The notes beneath the pieces are model-generated. The model made no database searches. It was not told the origin of the DNA and worked only from the letters and a program-made list of their open reading frames with translations. Positions 37,388-51,600 of a DNA stretch of 64,000 bases are shown piece after piece (the first letter of the stretch is position 1; every line of letters starts with the position of its first letter). Source of the DNA: Phoronis australis (lineage: Eukaryota; Animalia; Phoronida); NCBI GenBank assembly GCA_002633005.1, contig NMRA01000465.1:79941-143940 (forward strand), in the 5' to 3' direction. The translations under genes were made by a program, and so were the position numbers.

Positions 37388-40300
37388 CAGTCCTGTTGTA
37401 AAACTTTTCAAGAGCTTGTTTTTGTTGATGCCAGTCAGGTTGTCGTGGTAACCAGTGAATTGAATAATCATCAGTAGTGCTACAGATGAACAGATGAGAA
37501 TCTTACACAAATATCTGAAACATTGTGTTACATTTTTAGGGTGACTTTCATGTTAGAAGCAGGGCGCTTACTTTGACTGTTATGACAGCTGTCATCTTAA
37601 AGGAGCTGGCTGGACTATTGTTTAGTTTACAAGTTTTCATATTTTGTATTACTGTCTTTGCACAAGTTCTACAGTGCTGCAGTACACGTGATGGTGATTT
37701 TGTTGTTGGGAAAAAAGTTTTGTTGATGGTAATTAACTAAAACGTTACAAAAAATCAGTATTTTTCAAATTAAACAACCTGTTATTTGAAATCAAATTCA
37801 AATTTTTTATTGATCAATGAATGTTGTAAAACAGCAACTACTTTGTTGCAAAGTGTGTGGGAGCCCCACAAGTGCTGTTTTACAAATTTTTCATTTGGGA
37901 GAGTCCCATTTGTTTTTTATTTTCTTAAATCATGGCCAAAATATCCACAATATTTTTGTATTAGAATGATCAGAATCATGGTAAAACATTATGTGTCATA
38001 GAATAGTCATAGTCATGCTTTGTTTGTATATTAAGAATGTTTTACAAGTATATTTAATACGAAGTTGTGTCGCATTTTGAGGTCCAAATATGTTGACGAG
38101 TCATGCCAGATATATTGCATTTATTTTTGTACAGATACTGTGTATGTATATGAATTTTATTTCTTAAGAGTTACAGTTGTTTATAAGTTGACGGATTTTG
38201 TTGGAATTTGTCTAGCTTTGTGTGGAGTTAAGGCAGAAACTCAGAAGCGAAAGTAACATGAAATTGTCAGCATGTTTTGCTTTCAGTGTTAGCGAGCAGA
38301 GGTTTTATCTACTTATCTTTGAAAACATAGCTGTTCATTGTAGAATCTACAGAAATTTGCAACTTGTAATTTGTTGAATGTAGTAAACGGTAGAGAAAGT
38401 TGACTTAAGTTGTGTCCATGATATACAGGGTGAGGTGGCTAGTTCCTTTAATTAAGAGGACAGAAACGTAGTAGAGTGCTCGAAAGGGGTAGGCATGGGA
38501 AGTTCTGCCCCTCCTAGTGAGGGTTTGGGAAACTACCTTGAGAAAGTTTTGGCAAGAGCTCATTTCATGCATTTTGTTGACATCTTTTGCATTAAATCTG
38601 AGTTTGTGCCTATCAATATCAATGTGACTGTACGAGCTGGGCACCTGCAACCTTGTGTATGTCACCGTTTATGGTGCTTGCCAGAAAGTACTCCTGAAAA
38701 AAACAATGGTAATTTTTTGTTTCGAACCACCAAAATTTTGGGGCCATGCCTTCTGAAATGAAGCTATGTATTCTGCCAGATTATGAACCAAGCTTTTCCT
38801 GTTTGTTCACTTTTTAAGTGCATCTCGTCTGTTGATTGTGTTTTAATTAATGCCAACAGATTTTGATATTGAAATATGAGAAATTGTAGTCTTAAGAACA
38901 TTAGTAGTCCTGATATGTTTTATGCGTAACAGATGTTACCCAATGAACTCCATGTGCTCCTATATCTCAATACTAAGTTTTGTGTTCTCAGAATGGAATA
39001 GTTGCAACTGACGCCCTCTGGCTGCAGAGATCATACTCATAATGGAGCACAAGTGTGGTCTTCTGACTGAAGAAATCATAGGTTGCTCTGTCGATTTCCC
39101 GCTTGTTTGGACTCCTTCCATTTGGTCAAACTTGTGCTCAGCTGGGATTATTTGCNAGAATAATAGACACTTATCTTGAGTTCGCCCAAAAGTAGAGTAG
39201 AAAATGCCAAACCTAATTTCGAGTTCCATTTCGAGTAAAAAGATTGGAGACCGGGCCCTGATATATTTTATGCGTAAGTGATGTTACCCAATGAACTCCA
39301 TGTGCTTCTATATCTCAATACTAAGTTTTGTGTTCTCAGAATGGAATAGTTGCAACTGACGCCCTCTGGCTGCAGAGATCATACTCATAATGGAGCACAA
39401 GTGTGGTCTTCTGACTGAAGAAATCATAGGTTGCTCTGTCGATTTCCCGCTTGTTTGGACTCCTTCCATTTGGTCAAACTTGTGCTCAGCTGGGATTATT
39501 TGCCATAGTTTCCACTCTTCAGCAAGAGGGCGTTAGTGACCGATCCCCAGTCAATCATGACTCCATGATTTGGAGCGAGAAGTTGTGGCGCATATTCTGG
39601 GAAATATTGGAGAACTTCATGTAGGTAGAAGTAAACAAGCTGGTTTTTACATTTCCTTCAGTATGGGAATGCTGTGTGGTTATTTGGTTTTGGATTATTT
39701 ATGAAATAAGTTTTTATTCCTGGTCAGCTGATTCCAGGGCGATAGTAAAGTTGCGATAATATTGACACTGTAATTGACATAATGCAAACACTCCTACTTA
39801 GTCTGTATCTAGGGTTAAGTAGTAGTATGAATACTGATGCTGGGCTGGGCTTCACAAAAACATGGCTGACCTTAGGAAAATTCTGGATTTTATTGCATGT
39901 ATACTTTACCTTATGTTTGCAATGTGTTTCATTCTCCAACTCGCTGCACCACCAGAAGTGGCGCTGTCTTCCAAGACAGCACACACGCAAAAAGCAATGG
40001 ATTCCAAAATAGGGCATATGTGGTGCTCAGGAAGAAAAAGCAACTGCAAAAATCATGAATACAACCGGAATGACATAACGTTTTGACAGTCCAATGGACA
40101 CCTTTTGAAAAATATTGACTTAACTACCAGTTTACACTAATATGGGAAACGCACTTGAGGTGGTTCGTTAACTCTGCCAAATTAAATATTCAAGATGGAT
40201 GAAACCATGAGTTGCATATTATAACAAATCTACAAAATCTAATTGTGTTGTGCCTTCTTGACAAAATGTTATGCTGCTTTCACACAACTATGTTTAGTGT

Positions 40301-41009
40301 GACGAAACTGTTGTAGGACTGTTTACACTTCCCAGTTTAAAGGTGATTATTACATTTTGTAATTAAATTTATAATGAAATACATTATTTCGAATATTATA
40401 ATGTTGTTTGTAATTTGACATTCACACTTTATGTTGGCCATCAGACCACAAGGTATCACTGTCTGAGCAACAATGGAGTCCGACTTTCAGTCTCTACTTG
40501 GAGGGGATTAAACTAGTCTTACTTGTCAGTCAACACCATCTACAAGTACCTCTTCATCGCCCAGAATATATGCTTGAACTTTCACTAGTTTTCTCACTTG
40601 GTTTTCTTGCGTGGTCTTGTGCTACTACGGTTTACCGTAAAAGTTTATATTGTCTGGAATTAGAAAGCCTGCGGAATTTGATTCCTTGATTTTAACACCA
40701 AACTAACATTAAGTCACACTACCAAGTCGCGAAAAACTAAGCAAGAAAGAAAGGTACATTCAAAGCAAAACAATGGTATCAATAATGTAACCAAATTTTG
40801 TTAAATATAAATGTTCCAAGATGAAATCTCAAAAACAGTTTCTTAAATTATTTCATTTTTATTTTATGCAACTTCGATTATTTTAAAAATCAGCCCCTCG
40901 TGCAATAGTGGAACATCTAAAAACAAAATATTCATAAGTGTTTCGAAAAACAGTGCATAAAGACTTGTATCTGAAAGTATCACACAAATCCAAGGCAGAA
41001 TATTAGACA

Positions 41010-41111
41010 AGTCTGGATTTTGCCCATCAGACATTCGCACCGCCGAACTGCCAAATGGAATCCAGGGGAGGGGGCATGGCTCCCTTGGCCCTCCTTGTAA
41101 ATCCGCCACTG
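41010..41111. mobile_element. Partial MITE of the 361-667 family
   Basis: GGATTTTGCCCATCAGACATTCGCACCGCCGAACTGCCAAATGGAATC...AAATCCGCCACTG matches 25703-25807. Confidence 0.65.
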
Positions 41112-42389
41112 CAATGTGGATGATTATGTCAGTGATGAACATGATGAATTCTAAAGACGAAAGTCAGAGATATTTTCGACAAGAAAACATTGGAATTGGT
41201 CAGAAGAACATGAAAATACAAACTAATACTCTTTATTCTGGGTTAGCAATGTACATGTACAAAAATTACACATCTTACAAAGTAAATCAAAATAGCAGAC
41301 ACCAGTTCCAAAATATATCGTTTCTGCATCAAAATAATCTGTATAAATAATCTAGTCTACTGTACAAATAATGGAATGGTCGACTAATGGTAGAGTAGTT
41401 AATGGTCGACTAATTAATAGGTGTTTCAGCCCGACAGTAATTCTCCCTTTTTTAGCACACTCATCTCACATCGTACACTCCAAATTATTTGGAAAAAAAT
41501 ATTTTGTCCCTAAATTATTTTGCACGAGGCTAACTGGTGGGAAATTTTTGACTCGCCTAATTCCCACAGTCAGTTATGCATTTCAAAATATATCAACGCA
41601 AAGCCTAGTCATTGATTCTACAATACACACCTCTGCAACTGTGTTCTGAACATTGTATTCACAACTTAATTCACCTATTAGAATTTGGGCACCTCATGCT
41701 GTTGTGCATTTGAGATGACAGGAGTGCCTGGGTGAATGTAGTGTCACTCAGTCACACGTTCAAAAATTGTTTCACCAAAAATGGGGTGAAGTACTAATAT
41801 ATTGGAACAGGATACAGTAATTAATTACTGTTAACTGAATAATTTTGGCAACCAGAAGGTCGCATTTTGTTAAATTTACACACGGGCAGCTGGCAATGGC
41901 TGGCTACATTTGCACACCTGTCGCCTATGGAGTCTGTACATTCAGTTAATTTGGCACACCCCGACTATCAGGAAATTATTTCATGCAAAATAAGTGAAGA
42001 GTTACCATAGTAACAATCATGAGTGAATGTAGAATAACTGCGCCCTAGAATACAGCACAATATGACCAAATAATAACTTGGAATGTTCCTTACAAAATAA
42101 TCAAAAACTTTCAAATTACACAAAACGGGAATAGTCGTGAACAATAGAGATGTTGACTTCAAATCACATTTCAATACAAAAGCGCTTTAAAAGTACAAAT
42201 AACGTCTAAATGATTGTATAGCTAGTCATATATTGGACGGAACAATTATACGTTAAGTAAATCTAGAATCTTGATTCTGTAGCAAAATTAGAAAAGGTGT
42301 ATAAAAATGATAAAATTGAAAATTACCAACAAGACATTAGATACTTTAAATACCCATTACATCGTACAACAAAAATTACACGAAGCAAG

Positions 42390-42562
42390 GTTGACAAAGT
42401 AAAATTTTGCCACTAATGTTGAAAGTCATATTTTGTCACTACTGTTAACAAACTTAGTCACATTTTGCCAGTAATATTGACAAAGTAATCTTTTGTCACT
42501 AATGTTGACAAATTAAGTCACGTTTTGTCACTGTTGTTAACAGTTACAATTTGTCACTAGTG
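42390..42562. repeat. Degenerate ~28-32-bp tandem repeat in the 3' UTR of the large minus-strand gene
   Basis: About 6 units of GTTGACAAAGT...TTTTG(C/T)CACTA(A/C)T. Confidence 0.7.
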
Positions 42563-42600
42563 TTTGTATGGACCGAGTAAGTATAAGTGAGACAAATAAG

Positions 42601-45600
42601 TCAAGAGGCCTTTTCCCAATCTTTTTGCTTCTTGCTGATTTCTGCCTCCAATTGTGTGACTCTCTTCAGTAATGTTGATTTCTTCTCCACAACTGCCAAG
42701 AGCTGCTGTTGTAATTGGTCCGCCTGCTTCCCGGCATCTTGTGACTTGTTAATACCTTCCCTCAGACTGGACTCTGACTTCAGAACCTAAATGAATATCG
42801 AGTGGAACCACTTAATTTGGAGTTTTTGACAGTCCTATGATGGTCAAATTAATTGTACCAATACTTAATTGTAATTGCAATATCTTCCCTTGCGGTGATG
42901 ACGTAACATCATCTCTGAAATGTATTGCTTTATTTAATGTGGGTCAAGAGATCCCAAACAGTGGTCAGCAGTGACCACCATGAATGTACCATACACCCAA
43001 GCTTGTTCTTCCAAAAACGCTGCAGCACCTAAAGATGGCTGGAAATGTAAGATGAGTGGAGCTGATTTACTGATGCTTTCTCCCACGTGGAGGGGTGGTG
43101 GGGGAGACTTGATCCAGCTGAAGAAGTACAGCAAATGATGCAACACATCAACCCAAATGACATGCAGTTTGTACCTGAACTTCACCTATTTTCTGGTCAA
43201 GGGTTTTCTAAAAATTTCACTCTCTTGACCTCATCCCTAAAAGTTCTCTGGCTACTACATACTGTTACCAAAAACAGATCTCAACATTGTGTTTCTTGCT
43301 CAACAAGTGAGCCTTCTTACAACCCTCATAACAGTGAATGGTAGTCCCTCCCAGATGTGTGAATACCCAGTTAACCAGGTCTCACCTCAGCCAGCTCTAT
43401 GTTGAAACTGTCCCAGCGAGACTGCAGCTCCATCAGTTGGCCATGAAGAAGCTCCTTATGGTTGGACAGGGGGGTCACCTTGGGACGAGGCTTACTCACT
43501 CTGGAATAGACAATTGACAGTCCAAATAACTGATAAGAAAACTTTCTCATGGCTGCAATTTCAAATGTCATGATGTTGAAGAAGTGAAGAGTAGGATGTC
43601 TAACAATAATCCTTCAATTATTGTCCTATGGCTGGATGTGAGTAGATCTGCTTAACACATGCATACCAAGTCACAGGAGAATGTTTAAGGTTAAACTGTG
43701 TAACAGCCCCACCTACGACAAGTTACACCAACTTACAAGATAGCTCAACATCAACCTACAGAGGACAGAGTGACTAGGGCTTTCAAAGTACAAGTAACAA
43801 AAATCTGTTTTACAGTACACTGTGCCCAGTGTTCCCAAAGCTCACATCAACTACTAACAAGTGACCTCTAGTGGCTTACCGGGCGTCTTTAACCAATCCA
43901 GTGCTTCCTTTCAACTCCTTCAATCTATTAGCCACAAAGTCTGCAGAGGCGTTGACTCCTCCCTGTGAGGTCAACACCTGACGCAGGTGAGCATTGCTGG
44001 AGAAACGCTCGTAACCATGAATGCGCTGAGACAATGACTGCAAAAAGGATGATGTATCACAGATCAAATAGATATCAAAACTACAGCAAGTTCCAAAGCA
44101 CACACAATTATTATGGCTCATCATGTCAAGCTAATTCCAGTGATAGGAGCACCCTTCACTACTATCAAAGAACAAAAGCCCTAGAATGGGTTGGGGAGAA
44201 CACTTCAGCGACTTGACTCAAGAAAACTTGTAGGACAACTAAAGCCAAACAAACTGGATAAAGATCAAATGTTGTAACAGGACTCAAAAATGGCGGCCAG
44301 GCTTCTGCAGCAACTGTGACTGGAAGGTGACTGGCTGGATTAATTAAGAGTCCGCACACAATTATTCATCCCTCAAATAGGAAGAATTATTTAGTATACC
44401 GTTAATGTCTAGTTCTCTGGTAATTCAGAAAAAGTATCACCACATAGAGTGTAAATGTTGACCAAAAGCTTACTATGACCATTCAATAGTCTGCACTGTG
44501 GGTGACATTTCATGTTAAAAAGTCTCAACACTGAGACGTAACTTACATCCTTGGAGAAATCTTGCTGTACAGGGTCATTGACCTTAGCTCTGACTAATTC
44601 ACTGAATACATCAGACTTCTCATCCTCAGTCTGTGCGTGGTTGAAAGCCCTGTCAATCACTGAACGGCCACCAGAGGGCAGGCCAACCAACCTCTGTGAG
44701 ACAGTGGAGGACTTGGATCGTGAGAAGAACATGTCCTGGCAAATGACCTTAAGTCCCTGAGAAGACAATACATTAGAGATTACAGTAACCATCAACAAAA
44801 TCTTTGGAGAGCAATTAAGTCATTGTCCAAAAATGACCAGTTCATATCCTCAAATGTACACATTTAGAGCAGTAAAATCTTCGAACAATCCCCAAGATGC
44901 AGCACCAGGGAAGCCACTACAGGAGGTTTTAACAATAACAACTTGAATACTCAGTTTGCTGGTTATAGACAGTTTGGAATTTATAACCACAATGGTCATT
45001 GTGATACGTTCATATAAACAAACAAACAAACAAAATGCAAGAAGAAAGACAACATTTGCAGTGCGATGTTACATTTAACAGCAAACTTATTATCACGTAA
45101 GAAAACTTGGGATGCAGAATGTGGCTATAAATCAACTCATCAGGGCGGCGTCATACCAAATGACATGAACAGAGAGCAAAGCTACTGTGCAATTGAAAAG
45201 GTTAACTGTTTGACCTGTATATGTTGCAAACATTCTTTTAGACAAAAGCACAGTATCTGGGAAATACTTACATGGTAAAACTGGCGAAGGAAGAGGGAGT
45301 TGGAATCATCCGTCATGTCATTCACTTTAATATGTGCCAAGCTGTGTAGTATGACCAGCACAAACTCTCCAATAGATTCCAGTCTCTCCCGCCGGATGAA
45401 CAAGATTTTACGAGCATTCTCATAGAAAACAGAGTGTCTATAAGCATTGTGTTCATAGTTGTTCTTTGGCAGACTGGAGGCCAGCAGTAGCGTCACCTGT
45501 GGGGTGAGGCTGGAGTTGTGCAGCAGCTGGATGATGAAGACGCCGTAACGGTAGATGACAAACTCACGTGGACTGATAAGGTTAATGTCCACTGGGACAA

Positions 45601-48600
45601 GGTCTCCTTCCAACATCCATTGGGCATCCTTCACATCAATGTAGGGGGTGGAATAATCCCCACCTATGTTCACATAAACACCTGGTTAGTACTCGCAAGT
45701 GACAAACACACTTAGTGTCAGGGTGCAATAAGCTGATCAGACGCAAAATGGGAGAATTTATTAAGTTAACTGCAAAAAATGTGAATTGGACATTTCCATG
45801 ATTATGATGACCAAATTATTTTCGAAAACCAGTTAAATAAATCATTTGAAGCAAGGTTATATGACTAGTAAAAGTAAGTCTATTCATACCTAGTACTTTA
45901 CTAGTTGCGCCAGAAGTTCCTGCTTGTTTATCCAACATGTCCGCCAAGTCATTGATCTGTTGGAACAGTGGTGACGCCATCAACATGTTGATCCAGTCTT
46001 GTTCAGCATTACCAGTAGGGGTGAATGGCAAGGTACCAGGATTGACACCACCTGCCATCTGCAGGAGAAAGAGCACAGACTGGTTACACAGAGATTGCAC
46101 TGACCTATAGGATTCACACTGCAATTTGAGTCACCTACTCTAACAATTAAAGTGAGACAAAAATGTCGGTTCTTCAAACCTGAGAACAAAGTAAATGGTA
46201 GGTTATTTCTTGAAAGTTTATGGTTAGCTGTTGCGGTTGCCCATATGCACGTATTTGTTGGTATGAGTCAAGTTTTACTGCTGGCAATAATTTAAACAGC
46301 GATGATGGCACATAATATAGATTTTGAACAACGGCTACATACTTCAGACAGTCCTGCACTAGTCCTCATAGATGGCGCTGTGGTGCCACTTCCTGTTGTT
46401 GCTGCAGCAGAAAGTGGCTCCTTCTGTTGGGCCTCAAGTGCACGTCGCTCCAACTCTCTCTTCTCATCAGCATCAACCTCTTTCTGATTCTGAACCTCAA
46501 GCTGTGCAGTCAACAGGTCGCGCTTTTTGTTACGTCGCGCCGCCAGTTTCGCTTGAAGTGCGTCCTTGCTGCGCTCACGCTCAGACTTCATGGACTCGTC
46601 AAACTTCTTCATACTTTCTTCATGTTCTCGCAACAACCTGTCACGTTCCTGTACAAAAAATAATTAATAAACATCATGTGACAGAGAATCAGTTTGAAAC
46701 CTAGAATTAACTAAGCTCCATTCCACACATACGGGGATTTCCGAAAGAGCCCCCAGTGATTTTGTATCTACAAATTGCCACATGAACGCCCCCCCCCAAC
46801 TGGAACCCCCCGAAAAAGGTGGTTGGAGTATTTCGGAAACTTGACATATAGCCAACCAACAGTGGATTTCACTATGTTAGGAGTTTGGCTTCAATAACAG
46901 CAGTCTAGTGACATTGCCTCTAATAAACTTGAACTATTTTAACAGTCCTTTTCAGGACACATTGAGAAAATAATGATATTTTGGCCCATTTTCCACATAG
47001 TACATTTGTCCCATGCCAGGCAAGCAAAACGATCCAGCCAAAAGGCATTTTATTGCTTTTTTCCCAAAGGAGCCTCCACGGGGACTTTATGTTGGTGAAG
47101 ACTCTTTTGGAAATCCATGGTAATTAAAACTCATCTCTGAACTAATAACAAAACATAATTACTTCATAAACTAACTAATTGTGACTAATGTGTTTCCGTG
47201 GCAAAGTGCAAATCAGTAAATTCCACAGGAGATGGAAATACTAGAAACCTATGCAAAAGCACACCTACATCTTGTATGAAGGCACCTGACAAAAAACACA
47301 AACTAAAGCTAGTCAGCTATTAGTCAATGAATACTTTGATAAGGCCACCTAAAGCACCAGATGATGGACAATGTCTGACAAACTCATAAAGAACATGCCG
47401 TACCTCCTGCGACACGTCCATTTGCTCTATTTCCTTTTTCCTGCGCTCCTCACGCTCCTGTTTCTGCTGCTCCTGGACGCGGAGACGCTCCGCCTCTCTC
47501 GCCTTCTCCCTCTCTTCATCTCGTCTCCTCTCCTCCTCCAACTGTCNGCAAAAGCACACCTACATCTTGTATGAAGGCACCTGACAAAAAACACAAACTA
47601 AAGCTAGTCAGCTATTAGTCAATGAATACTTTGATAAGGCCACCTAAAGCACTAGATGATGGACAATGTCTGACAAACTCATTAAGAACATGCCGTACCT
47701 CCTGCGACACGTCCATTTGCTCTATTTCCTTTTTCCTGCGCTCCTCACGCTCCTGTTTCTGCTGCTCCTGGACGCGGAGACGCTCTGCCTCTCTCGCCTT
47801 CTCCCTCTCTTCATCTCGTCTCCTCTCCTCCTCCAACTGTCTCTCCAACTTACTGTAATGAAATACATCAACTGTATCTCTAGCATGCATACTCTGACAA
47901 CTACGTAACAGAATGTCACTTAATAACCAGTAATAAACTACTGACAACTTCCCCCTCACCCATCCCAGTATCTATCAACCCAGTGCACCCAATCTGCCAA
48001 TCTTGCCTTCTTCTCTCATTCTCCTGTTGCCTCATCTCACCCCATCAACCCATCATCCACTTCTCCTCCCCACTCACTCCAGTGCCCCCATCTCCCACTT
48101 ACCTGTATTTCTCAGCCAACCTTGCCTTGTTCTCTTCCTCCTGTTGCCTCTTCTCAGCCTTGGCCCTTTCAAGGTCGTCTTGCATCTTCTTCAACACATC
48201 CTGCCTATACTTGGCCGCCTCTTCAGCAGCTCTCTTCGCCTCCTCCTCGTACTGCTTCACCAGTGCCTCCTCTGCAGACATATCACGCATGGCTTCTGCC
48301 AACTCATGGAGCTGCCTCTCTTTCATCTCCAGTCGCGCGTGAATCTGACGAGCTTCCAGTTCAGACAGGATGTCCTTCTCAGCTTGATCAATGATTTGTG
48401 GTGTCAGGAAGTCAAACTCGGCCAATTGTTTCTGTAACCATAACGTTTTAAGTAATTCAGTTAAAGTAGAGCATTATGAAACAGATCACTTGTATGACCA
48501 GATGAAGTTCACATCAGCTGGATGTACTACCATCTATGTAGAGCTATGTAGAGCTATATGTAGAGCTATATGTAGAGCTATGTAGAGCTATGTAGAGCTA

Positions 48601-51600
48601 TATGTAGAGCTATGTAGAGCTATATGTAGAGCTATGTAGAGCTATGTAGAGCAGGTAAATGAGTTAGTCTAAATCAACTTAGTTTGCTAAATCACCTGTT
48701 ACTTGTTTGTACGCATATTAAGATTTTCAGCCTCACAAGTGGGCTTTACCAAATAAGCTCGGAAACAACATCTGCATACCGCTGTAGTCATAGATGGAGG
48801 TATAAGCAACCACGTCAATCTTGTGGTTTGTTGCTAAGTATAGATTCAGACTTACATAAGGATTAGAAGCCATCACAATAGCATAAACCATTCATTTGCT
48901 TACTTCACACAGACCCCTTTTATTAATCCACATTTCACACAGAACCTCTCCTCACTAAATAACCCTTCACACAGAGCCCTTGCTTACTACATGACACCTG
49001 ACATAGAGCCCCTACCCACTATAGGACCCCTCACACAGAGCAACTCTTCACTACATGAACCCTCTCATACAGAGCTCCTACTCACTATATAACTCCTAAA
49101 ACAGAGCCCCTGTTCACTACATGACCCCTCACACAGAGCCTCTGCTTACTACATGACCTTTCACACAGAGCCCAATGAGTAGTACATAACCCCTCACACA
49201 CAGCCCTCCCTACTACATGAACCCTCACACAGGGCCCCTGCTTACTACATGAACACTCAAACAGAGCCCCTCCTAACTACATAACCCCTGATTCCTGAAC
49301 CCCATTTTAAGTACCTCTTGGTTCCTCTTCAGTTCATCCTTTTCCCTGGCCAGTTCACTGCTAGAGAGTGAACCAGAGTTAGAGATCAGATCCATCAGTT
49401 GCTGCTCAAAGGCAGCACACAACTTATCCCTGGCTTGCTGCCGTCGACCCGCACTCTGAGCACGTGCCTGAGCGCGTGCGGCTTCAGCCTCTCTCTCAAG
49501 CTGCTCCTGTAGGTGGATGGCCTCCTTGATGTGGCGCTGCCGTAGGATGTTGTAGATCATGTTCTCCGCCTGCTCATCTCCAACAGCCTAGAGGTGATAA
49601 TACACTTGCTTAATAGAACTCGTACCACCAGTGTTATTGTGAGAATAATACTACTGCAGTGCATCATGTTCACTCAAGTCTCCATGGATTGAATGATAAT
49701 CCACCACTTCTGAGATTTAGGGGCAAATATACTGCAGTCATGTGCTATAAGCCCCCTGACATCAAAACACATATTTGCTGTTATGTCGGTCAATCTAAGC
49801 CTCTACATTGTTGCACTCAGTTTTCCACAGTTGCTGTTTAGCCAATATTTTACAGTATGAATTATACCACAGTTCCTAATGAAAAACAGACCTCCCACGC
49901 TCGCGTACAAATACATGTAAAAAGTTTATCATACAAAGTTAAACATACCTTGAGACCCTTTGTTAGAGCCTCCTTTTCAATCTCCTGCGATATCTTGCTG
50001 TTCAGAGCGTCTCGTTCCTTAACCTGGTCATTCAATTTCTGCGTCATTTCTATCTTATGCTTCTCGTCCATTTGTTCGGCCATCTTCTTCCGTCTGCTTG
50101 CAATCTATTCAAAACAGCGTCAGTTAATACAAGAACCTGAGACTTTGCACACAAATTCAGCATTTCATTGCTCCAGCTATCACGTCTGCATCTTTTTCAA
50201 GAGGTTCCATCAAAGTTTTCCACATAAAGGGTAACTATTTCATCTTATGTGTCTAAACAATTAATATCACTTGACGTTAACATAGTTCTGGGCCCAGTTG
50301 CATAAAAGTTATACGCCGTATAGCAACAATGACGTCGCATTATCACGCGTCACGTTGTTATTGTTGAACAATGCACATGACGTCATGCAACAATCAAACT
50401 TATCCAGCGGATATCTTTTGAAGCTTTATGCAACTCAGCCCAGATGTCCAACTCACTAAACTGGTGCACTGATACCCATATCAAACTGAAAATGCAAAGA
50501 AAAGTGCTCCCCACAAACAGTTCAATGTTTAATTACCAAAAAGCTACAGTTACAAAACAAATCCTCACCTTGTCGGCAAGAGCCTGTTTCTGTCGATCTT
50601 TCTCATTGGTTAAGTTCTTTTGCAATGTGTCTATTTCTTGCTGATGGGCTGCCATCAGTCGCTCGTAGTCCTCTTGTGATAGGTTCTTACCCTGCAGCTG
50701 AACTTCACGCTCAAACTTGGCTTGGTGATTCTCACTGGCCTGCAAGTTACAATAGGCAGTGACTAAAACTGCACTCTGCTGGTGGTTGGATAAAACTGCA
50801 TCTGGTGCTACCCACCTTTGCATGTCTTTCTGAATGTAGTATTTTAAAGGAAAACATGGCAATGCTTTATCAATTTTTGGACATGAAAAGGTAGACAAAT
50901 GGATGTTTTTTATTTTTTTTCCATAAAAGGTAAGAACGAAACACTAAATTGTTGCTTTTCCATGTTTATGTTCTGTAGCATATCGGCCACCTGGCAATAT
51001 TAAAAAAATTGTGGGAATCTACAAAAATGCTGGAAGCCCTTCAAAATGAAAATGGGACAATTTTGACAATTATTTTTGTTTGAATTAACCAGACTTTACT
51101 GTAATCCTGTATTAACAAGACACTGTTCTCACCCTACCGTATCAGTGCGGTGGTAAGGATGGAACACTCAGTCAGCTGGCATGTTCAGCTAAGTCTCGAA
51201 GGGCAGACTACAGTGTCATGTGTTTTTGGTTGAACTTTGTGGTGAATAATCAGAAGACAGTTTGATGTTAATTTCTAAAAAATGTGAAGATTCAGATTGT
51301 AGTGGACACTAGACTGAAGCCTGGGACATTTTACAAATGGGGACCACTTAATAGCACTGTATAGTCACTATTTGGTATGATGACTATCAATCAAAAATTG
51401 ATCTTGGTATCTCAAATTTGAGCATAGGGTTCAAAAACCCTGACAAGAACAGTGCCTCCACTGAGCATTTGGCGGAACTAATTATTATGTACAACACTAC
51501 AATGTTGTGCAGTTCTACAGTTGATATTACAGGCTAAACAGCTTAGTTTTACTTAGTGCTAAGAATGAATTGTGAGGAAAAATCCCTATGATAGACACAA

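Noticed and set aside
38910-39503. ~245-bp direct repeat downstream of the zinc-finger gene
   Set aside because: The copies are near-identical and the first ends exactly at the N at 39156. Most likely allelic overlap, with one allele carrying extra sequence.
47253-47841. Apparent tandem duplication of a coding exon (QLEEERRRDEEREKAR...) suggesting mutually exclusive exons
   Set aside because: The copies abut a single N, differ by only a few SNPs, and the left copy lacks a splice acceptor. This is typical of two haplotype contig ends joined in scaffolding.
47983-48437. Plus-strand ORFs rich in Leu/Ser/Phe overlapping the large gene (also 54335-54883, 55832-56290)
   Set aside because: They are antisense shadows of E/K/R-rich coding exons on the minus strand.
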